Shown here piece by piece: positions 26,681 through 36,386 of a stretch of DNA of 64,000 nt. A model generated the notes under the pieces. The model had not been told where the DNA came from. It was given only the letters and a program-made list of their open reading frames with translations, and did no database searches. The stretch comes from Candidatus Doudnabacteria bacterium RIFCSPHIGHO2_02_FULL_42_25 (GTDB taxonomy: Bacteria; Patescibacteriota; Doudnabacteria; UBA920; O2-02-FULL-48-8). Position numbers and translations under genes: made by a program. The DNA is taken from contig MFEQ01000006.1 in NCBI GenBank assembly GCA_001777665.1, forward strand, positions 278,300-342,299. Reading direction: 5' to 3'. Position 1 is the stretch's first letter. Each line of letters begins with the position of its first letter.

Positions 26681-26687
26681 GTGCTAA
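26661..26687 (-). promoter_or_regulatory. CIRCE operator 2 (TTAGCACTC-N9-AAGTGCTAA)
   Basis: Second inverted-repeat operator, overlapping the -35 box. Confidence 0.85.
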
Positions 26688-26689
26688 GA

Positions 26690-26800
26690 TCGCTCGGACA
26701 GATTGTAAAATTACCGACCGTAAAATTCTGCTGAATTTTCGGCCTATGCGCTCGCACCGTCGTGCTGCGCGAATTAATTTTACAACTATCCTCGCTTAAG
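26690..26800 (-). ncRNA. ~110-nt conserved structured element, copy 2 (minus strand, abutting the hrcA promoter)
   Basis: The reverse complement aligns with copies 1 and 3. It shows compensatory changes (GGAC/GTCC to GCAC/GTGC, and CCA…TGG to CCG…CGG). Confidence 0.55.
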
Positions 26801-26850
26801 CATTTATTGGAATTATGCTAGAATTTAATTACACATGAGGAGGGTTCACT

Positions 26851-27087
26851 ATGATCACACGGACCAAGGTTGCCGTAGGTGTTACCACCACGGTGGCCGG
26901 TATAGTGCTACTCAGCGTCATCTATGCACATCGGTACTCCCTCGACCCACGGCTGGTGATCGTGCCCCGCGAAGATCCACCCGAAGATGACTGGGGTCGA
27001 CCATTCCCCGAATTCCCTCCAGAGCAACACAAACTAGGCTCACAGCTCCAAGCAGATCCGAGCGATCGTTGGTCGACAGTCCACTAG
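26851..27087 (+). CDS. small GC-rich hypothetical protein (foreign-looking)
   Basis: Strong SD GAGGAGGG before the ATG. One TM segment. Followed by a terminator. Confidence 0.5.
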   Translation: MITRTKVAVGVTTTVAGIVLLSVIYAHRYSLDPRLVIVPREDPPEDDWGRPFPEFPPEQHKLGSQLQADPSDRWSTVH

Positions 27088-27099
27088 TCTCGCCGACTA

Positions 27100-27142
27100 G
27101 GCTTCCAGCTTCCCGCTTCCCCCACCGGAAGCTTTTTTTTAT
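27100..27142 (+). terminator. rho-independent terminator
   Basis: GCTTCC-CCCACC-GGAAGC followed by T8. Confidence 0.7.
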
Positions 27143-27178
27143 TTCACTAATTTACCAGTAATACTTATCCCTTGTCCC

Positions 27179-27754
27179 TTACTTCTTGAGTTCGGCTATG
27201 ACTATATACCTCTTCCACGCAGTACCAATTGGATAAGACGTTTGAAGTGTTAATAAATACTTAGATTCATCTTGCTGCAACACTGACAGGTCTTTTGCAT
27301 CCACGACTTTTTTCTCTTTGACTTCATAAGTATATCCGCGGCCAGCATGATCACTGATGATAATTTTCGCGCCGATGTCGATATTTGGAAGAGTCGCAAA
27401 CACAGTTTTATAGTCGCCTTTTGACCACAGGTAATCCGAGGAGTGACCGAAGATATAAACATTCCCAGATTCACCAGGAACTGCCGTGTCAGGAAAATGC
27501 ACGACACCTTTTCTTAAATCTTCTTGAAACTTTTTCTCATCGTTGTCTGTGGCATAGATAATCGGAGCTTTCACAGCCAGGGAATCGATAACCAGTAAAT
27601 TCGGTTCAACTAAATTTTCATCCGTTGGCTCATTCGGTGTATTTTCAATTTTACCAAAAAAAACATAATCTATGTTTTTATAAACATAGTCCCAGTTTAG
27701 GACTACGATAATAGCCACGAGTAAAAAAAGTACTTTAAAAATATATTTAATCAT
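27179..27754 (-). CDS. sortase-family transpeptidase-like protein in which the catalytic Cys appears to be replaced by Ser
   Basis: N-terminal TM segment. A His motif (NVYIFGHSSDY) is present. 'LLTLQTSYP' aligns to the sortase 'LTLITC' motif, and a downstream Arg is present. The gene is adjacent to an LPXTG substrate. Confidence 0.6.
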   Translation of the reverse strand: MIKYIFKVLFLLVAIIVVLNWDYVYKNIDYVFFGKIENTPNEPTDENLVEPNLLVIDSLAVKAPIIYATDNDEKKFQEDLRKGVVHFPDTAVPGESGNVYIFGHSSDYLWSKGDYKTVFATLPNIDIGAKIIISDHAGRGYTYEVKEKKVVDAKDLSVLQQDESKYLLTLQTSYPIGTAWKRYIVIAELKK

Positions 27755-27804
27755 GAGTTTATTTTAGCATTATAAAAAGCCCCCGCACATGGGGGCTTTA
27801 AAAT

Positions 27805-29607
27805 TTATACTTTTACTACTTTTAGTCTTTTTCTTCCGAGCAATACTACTGGTACTAGTAATAGTCCTAGTAAGTCTGCGTAGATATTCGGATTAACTCC
27901 GGTTCGAGGAAGTTCAGTCGTAGCTCCCAAAATCTGGGGGGTCGGACTTGGACTTGCAGCTGGACTTGGAGTTGGTCCGCCAGCTGGCGGAGGTGTCGGA
28001 CTTGGAGGAACTGGGCCTGGCCCTGAAGCTCCACTACTCGAACCACCGCCCCCGCCGCCTCCACCGCCCCCGCCGCCACCTGGATTACCACCTACGTCAT
28101 TCAAGGTAAAGTGGGCGTTGAGAGTAATATCACCATTGATAGTAACCTGACAAGGTGTAGTTGGTCCTAGACAAGTATTGGCCGCAGGAGCCCCACTAGT
28201 CACTGACCAGCTGTTATCGAAATTCGAGCCTTCATCAGCAGTAGCGGTTAAGCTAACTACTGTTCCTTCATCATAAACTTGAGCACAATTATTTGCTTCG
28301 CCATTGCTGTCGCAAAGAATCAATTCATCATCGTCAGTAACTACACCTTCCCCATCGCCACTCGTGGTTATAGTCAAAGTGAATTGAAGCGGGCCCCCAC
28401 TGCCTTCATCTTCTTCGAAAACTACTGAAACATTTTTGTTAGAATCCATAGTTAAAGTACAGACTGTGGTGGTTTCCGCGGCACAGTCGCCGCCCCAGCT
28501 GACAAAATGCCAACCAGCATCAGCAGTTGCGGTCAAAGTCACGACTGTATTTTCATTATAAACATCATCGCAGTCAGTGGCTTCACAATCAATACTACCA
28601 ACATCAGAACCTGCAGAACCATCCCCTGTGACGTCAGTCACGGTCAGCGTGTACTGAATAGGTTCATGGACAATTTCGTTACAAACGCCATCATGGTCAG
28701 AATCTTCGTAGCCTTCAGGAATTACAACTTGAATTCCTTCAAGATTAGTACAAAGATCTGGATGTGGTTCTTCTTCTGTAAAAGTGTTTACTATGGTACA
28801 GCTAGCTGAACCATTGGAGCTGACTTCAACACTATCACAATTATTACTAGTCTGACTCCAATTATTATTTGGAACTGAAATTTCAGATACAGTATAAGTA
28901 CCAGGAGCCAATGTCAAAACTTCACTACCAATACCTCCATCAGTTTCGATAGTGAAATTATCGTCAGTACCCGTGGTGTAGGAAAAACCAAAAGTCCCAT
29001 TAGCGTTATGGGTTTCTTTGATCACTCTCAAAGTTCCGTTATAAAAACAAGAGCCGTCATCTTCTGTAGCTTCCTCATCAAAATTCAGAGCAGAACCATC
29101 AGTACAACCGAGCACTGGATCTGGCTCGCCATCGCCATCACATGCTCCTTCATTCCAAATATCTTCGTTGACATCATTCCAATTTTTTCCAGGATAGGAA
29201 CCAACACTATTACCGTCTTGGTAGTGGAATGGCGGAATAATGTCATTGATATGGCCATCGTGCCCAGTGATAGCACTGTTTACAGAAACATCTCCTGAAG
29301 ACTTATAAGCATCAGATGCATCCCAGTGACAAAGTGCAATTTTCTTCATCACTGCCCCGCCAAATGGATCATGATCAGCAGTAGCCATTAACGGGGACAT
29401 AGCTAAAACTAGCATGGCGATGACCATACCTGCATGCAAAAATTTGATGTTGCTTTGGCTGTTAACTTTTGATTTTCGAGCGACTCGGACTCGCCCTTTA
29501 CTCTGGGACCGAACTAGTTTTTTCTTGGAAGTACTGCGCATAGAGTTTTGACCTTTCTTTTCGCCAACTGGCGAATTAATTTTAACTGTAGACTGTAGCC
29601 TAAGCAA
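27805..29607 (-). CDS. large surface protein with C-terminal LPXTG cell-wall sorting signal
   Basis: N-terminal signal/TM segment. The C-terminus is …LPRTG, a hydrophobic segment, then RKRLKVVKV. Gly-rich and PT-rich linkers are present. Confidence 0.8.
   Translation of the reverse strand: MLRLQSTVKINSPVGEKKGQNSMRSTSKKKLVRSQSKGRVRVARKSKVNSQSNIKFLHAGMVIAMLVLAMSPLMATADHDPFGGAVMKKIALCHWDASDAYKSSGDVSVNSAITGHDGHINDIIPPFHYQDGNSVGSYPGKNWNDVNEDIWNEGACDGDGEPDPVLGCTDGSALNFDEEATEDDGSCFYNGTLRVIKETHNANGTFGFSYTTGTDDNFTIETDGGIGSEVLTLAPGTYTVSEISVPNNNWSQTSNNCDSVEVSSNGSASCTIVNTFTEEEPHPDLCTNLEGIQVVIPEGYEDSDHDGVCNEIVHEPIQYTLTVTDVTGDGSAGSDVGSIDCEATDCDDVYNENTVVTLTATADAGWHFVSWGGDCAAETTTVCTLTMDSNKNVSVVFEEDEGSGGPLQFTLTITTSGDGEGVVTDDDELILCDSNGEANNCAQVYDEGTVVSLTATADEGSNFDNSWSVTSGAPAANTCLGPTTPCQVTINGDITLNAHFTLNDVGGNPGGGGGGGGGGGGGSSSGASGPGPVPPSPTPPPAGGPTPSPAASPSPTPQILGATTELPRTGVNPNIYADLLGLLLVPVVLLGRKRLKVVKV
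27977..27990. repeat. CCGCCAGCTGGCGG palindrome in-frame (PPAGG) within the PT linker
   Basis: An exact copy. About 30 nt of flanking sequence is identical to the LCP gene linker at 3838-3851. Confidence 0.8.
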
Positions 29608-29668
29608 TGTAAATTGTCAAGACTGACAAAAAAACCGCTCTTTTCGAGCGGTTTTTGTGGATTTCGAG

Positions 29669-31276
29669 CTATTGGTTAACGTTTGAAATCGGTAAACCGA
29701 TTACATACGCGAACCGACCACAATCTACAACCACGAGATGGCTGAAGCTGTGCCCTCGTTCCTCAAACACGCTAGCACTTGGGAATGGGAAACGAGTGTT
29801 GTTTTTCACTTCAAACACTGCAGCAGAATTGCCGCACTTGATGATCGATCCATCTGGATGCGAGTCATTTTCAGTGATAGCTGCATCAGTACTCATGGTT
29901 CCGAGATCAGAATCAGAAATTTTCTTGACTTGTCCGAAGGCAAATCCGAGTCTTCGGAAAGCGTTTTCAGATGTAAATCCTTTTTTCTTACCTTTGTTGG
30001 TGACAAACCAAACTGTCGCATCAGTTCCTTGAACCAGTGTTCCACCAGCTGGTAGTGCTGGTAAGTCAGTTACTGGAATTCCTGTAGGAGCAGAGGCAAG
30101 TACAGTGATGTTTTGAAATTTATGACCGCGAGCATGGAAAACTGCAGCACCACGGAAGGGCTTCAGTCTGCAAGCAGCAGCCAGATAGACAGTTGGGCTA
30201 TCCCCAATTTTGTAGAGTCGGCCATTTCTAATTCCTTGACCGCAATTTTTTCCCGTTTCTTCTTCTTCCTCATCCCCATCCTCGTCATCATCGTCAGAAG
30301 GAGGTGTAACTACTGTACCACCGAAGTCACCTGTGATAGCAGGGTCGCCAGTGGCATTATTATTGGCAGCATCTTTGATCACTGAACCTGTGACAGTGAC
30401 AGTATCACCGACTGCAACTGTTGGCACTGAAGTACCAGCTGAAAGAACAATAACCAGCTCAGTACCAGCAGTATTCCATGTCGCAGATCCGAGAGCACCA
30501 GCGCCATCTTTCCATGAATGTGTATTGTTTAAGACCAATACCGTATCAATATTAGCAGCATCGATCGTGGCTTTGTTAGTCGCTTCACCAAAAGTCAGCA
30601 ATACTCGGTCGCCGGCTTCCAGAGCAGCTGTTCCACCTGTGTTTTGGGCCACTGCTGTAGTCAGCACTGGACCTGCACTATCCGCATTGATCGCAGCTGT
30701 AGTAACAGCAACAACCGTCGGCGAATTGGCAGAGGTGACAATTCCGTCTGTAGCTAACGTTACTGTGACGCTATCTGGACTAGCCCATCCAGTAGCAGCA
30801 GTTTTCAAAACTACAAAAAACTTTCCAGCAGCATTGTTGGAAGCTGTAGTAACTGTAGTTACACTCCCGATGTTCACGGTAGTGTTGCTGCCCGCGAGCA
30901 TGTCTCCTGAATCAAATGAACCATCACCATCGTCCATAAATACTGAAACGTTGGCAAGGTCAGCAGAAACAGCAGTGGCACTGTCCACAGTGACTGCTAC
31001 AGAAGATAAGGTTTCAGCAGCATCAGCTGTAAAGGTGAACTCAATCACGGCTTTTTCGCTATCTGCAGCTACAGCAGTAGCTGAGGTGACCAGTGAGGTC
31101 GGACCCACACTGACTGAAACAGCAGCTAAAGCTACACCTGCGACAAGAAACAACCCCCCTAAAATCGCAAATTTCTTCATATTTTCCTTATTAATGATAT
31201 TAATATTATAGTACATATTATAATCGTTTGTCATCAGATGTTCGTTACATGGTATAATTAACCCAAATGCCCTCAT
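29669..31276 (-). CDS. secreted Ala/Thr/Val-rich surface protein
   Basis: Signal peptide, then a low-complexity beta-rich region, then a C-terminal globular domain. Confidence 0.55.
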   Translation of the reverse strand: MRAFGLIIPCNEHLMTNDYNMYYNINIINKENMKKFAILGGLFLVAGVALAAVSVSVGPTSLVTSATAVAADSEKAVIEFTFTADAAETLSSVAVTVDSATAVSADLANVSVFMDDGDGSFDSGDMLAGSNTTVNIGSVTTVTTASNNAAGKFFVVLKTAATGWASPDSVTVTLATDGIVTSANSPTVVAVTTAAINADSAGPVLTTAVAQNTGGTAALEAGDRVLLTFGEATNKATIDAANIDTVLVLNNTHSWKDGAGALGSATWNTAGTELVIVLSAGTSVPTVAVGDTVTVTGSVIKDAANNNATGDPAITGDFGGTVVTPPSDDDDEDGDEEEEETGKNCGQGIRNGRLYKIGDSPTVYLAAACRLKPFRGAAVFHARGHKFQNITVLASAPTGIPVTDLPALPAGGTLVQGTDATVWFVTNKGKKKGFTSENAFRRLGFAFGQVKKISDSDLGTMSTDAAITENDSHPDGSIIKCGNSAAVFEVKNNTRFPFPSASVFEERGHSFSHLVVVDCGRFAYVIGLPISNVNQ

Positions 31277-31776
31277 TTTTAAGAAACAAAAACCAAGGAT
31301 TTATCCAGCACCACTTTTCTTTTGGAAAAGTGGTGACTGGATTTACACTGATAGAACTACTCGTAGTCATTGCGGTTATCGGGATTTTAGCTGCGGTAGT
31401 TTTGGTTGCTATGCAACAATCGAGAATTAAAGCGCGAGATGCCGTACGTAAAGATCAAATTCAAACAATCAGAAGAGCTTTGGAGATTCATCGGTTTGAA
31501 ACCGGAGCCTATCCAAATGGCGGAGCAGTAGGGGGTCCGAACAATGAAACTGATATTCAAAATCTCGCGGGATTCCTTGTTCCGAACTATCTCAAATCCA
31601 TCCCAAATGATCCGAAAAATTCACCACAAAATTACAGGTATGTCTGGCGGCAGGCGGGAGCCGCGATGGGATTGTTTGTTCCATTTAGCAATGACGGTGG
31701 GACGAGCTGTAAAATTGTCACCCCAGGTGCTCAAGCTAATTGGTTTGGCAACGGCACCCCAATTTGTAATTTTTAA
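31267..31776 (+). CDS. type IV pilin / pseudopilin (prepilin-type N-terminal methylation domain)
   Basis: …G|[19 protein letters not shown]… is the prepilin peptidase cleavage and methylation motif. Confidence 0.8.
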   Translation: MPSFLRNKNQGFIQHHFSFGKVVTGFTLIELLVVIAVIGILAAVVLVAMQQSRIKARDAVRKDQIQTIRRALEIHRFETGAYPNGGAVGGPNNETDIQNLAGFLVPNYLKSIPNDPKNSPQNYRYVWRQAGAAMGLFVPFSNDGGTSCKIVTPGAQANWFGNGTPICNF

Positions 31777-31779
31777 CTT

Positions 31780-32322
31780 ATGTCCTCCAGGGTATTCGCT
31801 TTACTATGTCTAATAGTTTTAATGCTCGTTGCCGGATTTTTCTTTGTGCAGCAATATGATCAAAATAACCCAGCTGATGTTATAGTCACGCCTACGCCAG
31901 AAGCAACTCCACTTCCCTCACCGCAACCAATCACATCTCCGACGCCGCCTCCGAGTATTACTCCAACTCCAGAACCAACCCCCACGCCGACGCCGACGCC
32001 AACCCCGACTCCAGAACCCATACCTACTCCAACCCCGCCACCTACCCCCAAAACTGTCACTGTTTATATGAACAATAACACCTTTAACCCCTCTAACCTC
32101 ACGATCAACAAAGGTGACACTGTCAAATTCGTGAACGATGACGATGTCTCCCACTGGCCAGCATCAAGTCCCCATCCCACGCACACTACTTATCCTGAAT
32201 TTGATTCAAGCAGACCCATAGCCGCTGGCGGAAGCTGGTCATTCACTTTCACCTATGTCGGGGCTTGGAGTTATCACTGCCATCTCCATCCCAGTATGTC
32301 AGGATTTATTACTGTCCAATAA
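31780..32322 (+). CDS. membrane-anchored cupredoxin (type 1 blue-copper, plastocyanin/amicyanin-like)
   Basis: N-terminal TM segment and a PT-rich linker. C-terminal ligands fit a type 1 copper site: …VSHW… and …YHCHLHPSM (His, Cys, His, Met). Confidence 0.7.
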   Translation: MSSRVFALLCLIVLMLVAGFFFVQQYDQNNPADVIVTPTPEATPLPSPQPITSPTPPPSITPTPEPTPTPTPTPTPTPEPIPTPTPPPTPKTVTVYMNNNTFNPSNLTINKGDTVKFVNDDDVSHWPASSPHPTHTTYPEFDSSRPIAAGGSWSFTFTYVGAWSYHCHLHPSMSGFITVQ

Positions 32323-32367
32323 AAAATTTCACTTTAAAAATAGCCCGGTCACCCGAGCTGTTTTTAA

Positions 32368-33273
32368 TTATTTATTCTTTTTCTTGTTATTATCATTACT
32401 CGTGCTTTGGATTACAGAAGGCCCGGCAAGTCCTGAATTATTCCCGAGTGGACACGGATCTTGCAAATCTTCGTATTTGTCCTTCAGTGTATTATAAGCA
32501 CCGTTTGATCCGGGATATACGGCTTGGAACTCACTTGTCACCTCTGCTGGTGTATGTGGAAAGCCATCTATCGTTTTTGCATTGAGATAAGCAGACACAA
32601 TAATTCTACCCAAAGCATTTAATCCACCGCCGCCCTGTTCCAAAACTTGCAGTAAAGACTTTCCTGGAAAAGCATCTTCTCCAAACACAGTCAGGAACAA
32701 AGTATTTGGGTAAATGCCATCACTGGTTGGGTAGCTCCCAAAGTGCTGTTCCTGCTTCCAATATCCAGGACTGCAACCTTGGACTGGAGGAATGACTGTA
32801 ATTGTAATTTTACAGCCATAGTCCCCTCCCTCAATCACGATTTCCCCATCATGATTTTGAGAGACATGTCCTTCTATTGCTGGAACATTAAATTTGACTT
32901 GCCAATGATCAGCTGGATCAGTTTCGGTCACTGTGGCCGAAACCAAAGTATCCGGTTCCACCGGCAAATCAATACTGGTTAAATCCAAAAATGGACACAA
33001 ATTTTTTAGCCCGTCTACCGGATCCAATGTAGTAAAGTATTCAGCAAAATTATTATCAGTATCCAGCTGAACCGTGTATGTCTCATCCACATTTTCACCA
33101 GGAAAGACAGTACCGAAAGGAATGGCAGTATGCGAAACTAAAATCACATCAACCGAGGCATTAACTTTTAACGTGCTGCTTTGAACCAAACTTAATCCAG
33201 ACACCAACAACATAGTGACTATGAGTAAAGCCAAACGCTTGATAACTTTATTTCGAAAATTCTCAAATTGCAT
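32368..33273 (-). CDS. secreted protein, TasA/camelysin-like paralog
   Basis: Signal peptide. It shares the 'FGTVFPGE' block with 36387-37835 and 37860-38942. Confidence 0.5.
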   Translation of the reverse strand: MQFENFRNKVIKRLALLIVTMLLVSGLSLVQSSTLKVNASVDVILVSHTAIPFGTVFPGENVDETYTVQLDTDNNFAEYFTTLDPVDGLKNLCPFLDLTSIDLPVEPDTLVSATVTETDPADHWQVKFNVPAIEGHVSQNHDGEIVIEGGDYGCKITITVIPPVQGCSPGYWKQEQHFGSYPTSDGIYPNTLFLTVFGEDAFPGKSLLQVLEQGGGGLNALGRIIVSAYLNAKTIDGFPHTPAEVTSEFQAVYPGSNGAYNTLKDKYEDLQDPCPLGNNSGLAGPSVIQSTSNDNNKKKNK

Positions 33274-35389
33274 CTTCTGGTTCCTCTACTGGTTCCTCTG
33301 GCAAAACTGCTGAATTCTGTTCCGGGTCTGTGCTTTCGATCGTTTCTGGCGCAGGCACTGACTCTGGTTCTGGCTCTGGCTGCGATTCCGGTTCGGATTG
33401 TGGTCCTGGTTCCGTTTCGGTTGACTCAACTTCTGGTTCTGGCTCAAGTTCCGTTACCACAGACATTGCCGGCTCTGAATACTCGGGTTCGGAATTTTCA
33501 TAAACAATCGGATCAGTAAGCCTAAGATTGGTTGAGAAAAATTCCAAATTCGGGTCACCTGGGGTCGGATCTGGGTCAATCCAATTCGCAGTACCGTCTG
33601 GTACCCTAGAAAACGATTTGTTGTCCGGTACCGGGGAGTAAGTATATACTTTTTGATCAATTAAGATGCCCAGACCAATCGCGGCATTATAAAGTCTCAC
33701 CGTATCTCCGCCACTATTATTCAGTTCAAAATCAGCATCGCCATCTCGATAGACAACCAAGCGCTCTCCTGGATCAACTGTTGTCACCCCAGCTACCACA
33801 TTGGCTGTGCTAATTATTAATTCATTAGCATCATTGTTGTCATAGAGAACATAATTATTCACATCAATTGATGCGTTCGTGCCATTATACAATTCCACAA
33901 ACTCACCATCAATGTCAGACCCGGTTGGATTGGGCAAAAATTCGTTGATTAAAAGTTGATTAAGCGTATCGATTTCTTCCCCACAAACAATTTGATCTGG
34001 CAACTCTCGATAATTCACTGTGACATTGCTTTCAAAATCTATCGCGGCATTAGTAGCTGATGTACCGTGTGTCGCAAATACGGCGAGAACAACTCGGTTA
34101 GCATTGATGTGGATATCACCGTTGGAAGCGTACAGCACAGCATCACCCAAATCAGAATTATCATTGGAAATTTCTATAGCTGCATTGTCACCAGCTTGCG
34201 CTGCTGCGGTAGAGATAAGCAAGAAAGCACCAGAACCATCGCCAGAGCCATTGCCCACAAAATTTACGTTATTATCGATGTCGATTGTGCCGTCAACGAT
34301 GATCGTCACAAAATTATTACCAAGCGCTGGGTCTTGGGTAAGCGTTGTGTTTTGTTCTATAACCAAATTGCCGTGCACATAAACAGGGCCTGCAAAAGTT
34401 ACAGAGTTACTGCCATTGAACACAAGGTTGCCCATAATTTCGGTTGGGCCTAATTCAATCCCAGATGTGCCGTTGGGAAAAACAAAACTTCCATTGACTG
34501 TACCTCCGGCTTGCGCATTTGCTTGCCAGGTTGGAATTTGGACATCAGGCAACGTTGTGGTTGGTGCTCCTTGAGTAGTTGAACCACTGATTATATAGTT
34601 AGCAACTGATACTGCACCTGAGGCAGTAGCATTGCCATTGATGTTTCGGTTCGCGCCACCACCACTCGCGGTAATATCGTTATTCGATCGCAAATCTCCA
34701 TTGATAATAATATTTGCAGAAGCTATAAAGTCATCATTCGTCGGATTATCCCCCGCTGCCAATACTGCTAAATTCGTTGGAAAAACCACATCTGTCGGTG
34801 GGCACAAAACATCGAAATCATAAACTTTGGTATTGATAATACTCTCGTGAGCCAATCCATCTGCTCCATCACAGGCAATTGCTTTGATGACTGTATCAGA
34901 AGTGAGGGAAAGTTGAATCAATTCTGTTTTCAAATCACCCCCGCCATCTGCATCATTTGGCTCACCACATACTGGGTCAGGAATAGTACTAGGGTTGAGT
35001 CCTGACCCATAAGTATAGAAGATATATGTCGCATCCGGATCATCATCGGTCATGACCACATCCACAGTCCCAGCTAGCCCAGTACCCCCAATTAAACTAT
35101 TGTTGTCCACCGCACCAGGTAGGGTCAGAATCGGAGGCTCTATAAAAGCAATTTCTGCGGTGACATTGATGATATGGGCTTCGTATGCTGATAAGAATGG
35201 AACAGCTGAAAGCATAATTACTAAAGTCATAGCAGTCATCTTGAATCCGCGTTTGAAAAGTGTGCCAAAGGAATTGGATGACGAGACAAAGTTACTCTGC
35301 GAAGTAGCTAAAATCCGCACGCGAACATTCCCCCGTTTCCGCGGTGGGATAATATCGAAATTATTAATTGGATTGCTATGTTGAATCAT
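33263..35389 (-). CDS. large secreted protein with SipW-cognate-type N-terminus, beta-helix-like repeats and a Lamin-Tail-Domain
   Basis: The N-terminus SAYEAHIINVTAEIAF matches the paralogs. 'LLINEFLPNPTGSDIDGEFVELYN…YVLYD' is an LTD motif. The C-terminal tail is acidic and P/E-rich. Confidence 0.6.
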   Translation of the reverse strand: MIQHSNPINNFDIIPPRKRGNVRVRILATSQSNFVSSSNSFGTLFKRGFKMTAMTLVIMLSAVPFLSAYEAHIINVTAEIAFIEPPILTLPGAVDNNSLIGGTGLAGTVDVVMTDDDPDATYIFYTYGSGLNPSTIPDPVCGEPNDADGGGDLKTELIQLSLTSDTVIKAIACDGADGLAHESIINTKVYDFDVLCPPTDVVFPTNLAVLAAGDNPTNDDFIASANIIINGDLRSNNDITASGGGANRNINGNATASGAVSVANYIISGSTTQGAPTTTLPDVQIPTWQANAQAGGTVNGSFVFPNGTSGIELGPTEIMGNLVFNGSNSVTFAGPVYVHGNLVIEQNTTLTQDPALGNNFVTIIVDGTIDIDNNVNFVGNGSGDGSGAFLLISTAAAQAGDNAAIEISNDNSDLGDAVLYASNGDIHINANRVVLAVFATHGTSATNAAIDFESNVTVNYRELPDQIVCGEEIDTLNQLLINEFLPNPTGSDIDGEFVELYNGTNASIDVNNYVLYDNNDANELIISTANVVAGVTTVDPGERLVVYRDGDADFELNNSGGDTVRLYNAAIGLGILIDQKVYTYSPVPDNKSFSRVPDGTANWIDPDPTPGDPNLEFFSTNLRLTDPIVYENSEPEYSEPAMSVVTELEPEPEVESTETEPGPQSEPESQPEPEPESVPAPETIESTDPEQNSAVLPEEPVEEPEDAI

Positions 35390-35850
35390 GGCTTAAAAGT
35401 TCTGGCAATTACTCCGACAAAAGGTATCCGAAGTGGACTGTCCCCAATATATACAGCGCGCCCAATCACCTGGTCTTCTGTGATCGGATTGTCTTTGCTG
35501 CTGTTGGCATCCCCTTTCGTAATTAATTTCCCATCTTTTTTCTCCACCAATCTGTGAATCGTAAATCCTCTGGAATTCTGATAAATAATTATTTGTCCCA
35601 ATTCCACTTCACTGCCCGACACTCCTTTCATAAAAATCAAATCATTCGTTTTGAGTGCTGGCCACATCGATCCCGAAGTAATCGTGGCCATCGGGTAGTC
35701 TGTATGCAGTGCTTGCGATAGAATTTTCGGCGTGTAGTAAACTGCTGCTCCTACAAATACAACATAAAGCAGCAATTTAACCAGCCGAATTGCTATTCGC
35801 GTGCCGAGTGATCTTTTTGGTTGTTCAATTGTTTCCACGGCTTCAATCAT
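35386..35850 (-). CDS. SipW/archaeal-type signal peptidase I (S26B)
   Basis: TM anchor and an 'SGSMWPAL' Ser box (SGSMEP-type), plus a downstream His region. It sits in an operon with TasA-like substrates. Confidence 0.7.
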   Translation of the reverse strand: MIEAVETIEQPKRSLGTRIAIRLVKLLLYVVFVGAAVYYTPKILSQALHTDYPMATITSGSMWPALKTNDLIFMKGVSGSEVELGQIIIYQNSRGFTIHRLVEKKDGKLITKGDANSSKDNPITEDQVIGRAVYIGDSPLRIPFVGVIARTFKP

Positions 35851-35859
35851 AGAATTTAA

Positions 35860-36303
35860 CTACCAAATCTTAGGGATCTGAAAAACCCAAACTTTTCCTT
35901 TGTAATATTTGTACTCGGCACTATTTGGAATATGAACGTTGAACTCCAGCCGTTCAGTTTGACCAGGTTCGAGGGTAAAATAATTTTTATTGACTTTCAT
36001 AAAATCCGAGATAGCTCCGAATTTCCAAACCATGACATAGGTTGCGGTATTTCCTTTACTTTCGAGTGTCACGGTCCTGACTGCACTCTTGTCTCTCGGC
36101 AAATCACCAAAGTCCAATCGCTCCCCTGTTGGGTTAACACCAATCTTGTCCTCTTCGATTACTTGAACCAGTGCCTCGTACTTTGCAGCGTTAAAAAACT
36201 GCACTGCTATAAACATCAGAACTAATACCAAAATTCCGTACAAGACCCAACGCAGCCAGGATTTTTTCGGCTTAGATTCTACATTAGTAATTTCTTGTTC
36301 CAT
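35860..36303 (-). CDS. small membrane-anchored protein in the SipW operon
   Basis: 147 aa with an N-terminal TM segment. Confidence 0.45.
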   Translation of the reverse strand: MEQEITNVESKPKKSWLRWVLYGILVLVLMFIAVQFFNAAKYEALVQVIEEDKIGVNPTGERLDFGDLPRDKSAVRTVTLESKGNTATYVMVWKFGAISDFMKVNKNYFTLEPGQTERLEFNVHIPNSAEYKYYKGKVWVFQIPKIW

Positions 36304-36386
36304 AAAATTAATTAATTATTTCATCCCTCACTCCTCCCCGCCAAAAATTGACGGAGAGAGAGTGAAAGATCAAACTAGTTTAATCT

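Noticed and set aside
31860-32154. Minus-strand ORFs rich in GVG repeats opposite the cupredoxin PT-linker
   Set aside because: They are the reverse-frame translation of a Pro/Thr-codon repeat (ACNCCN), not a gene.
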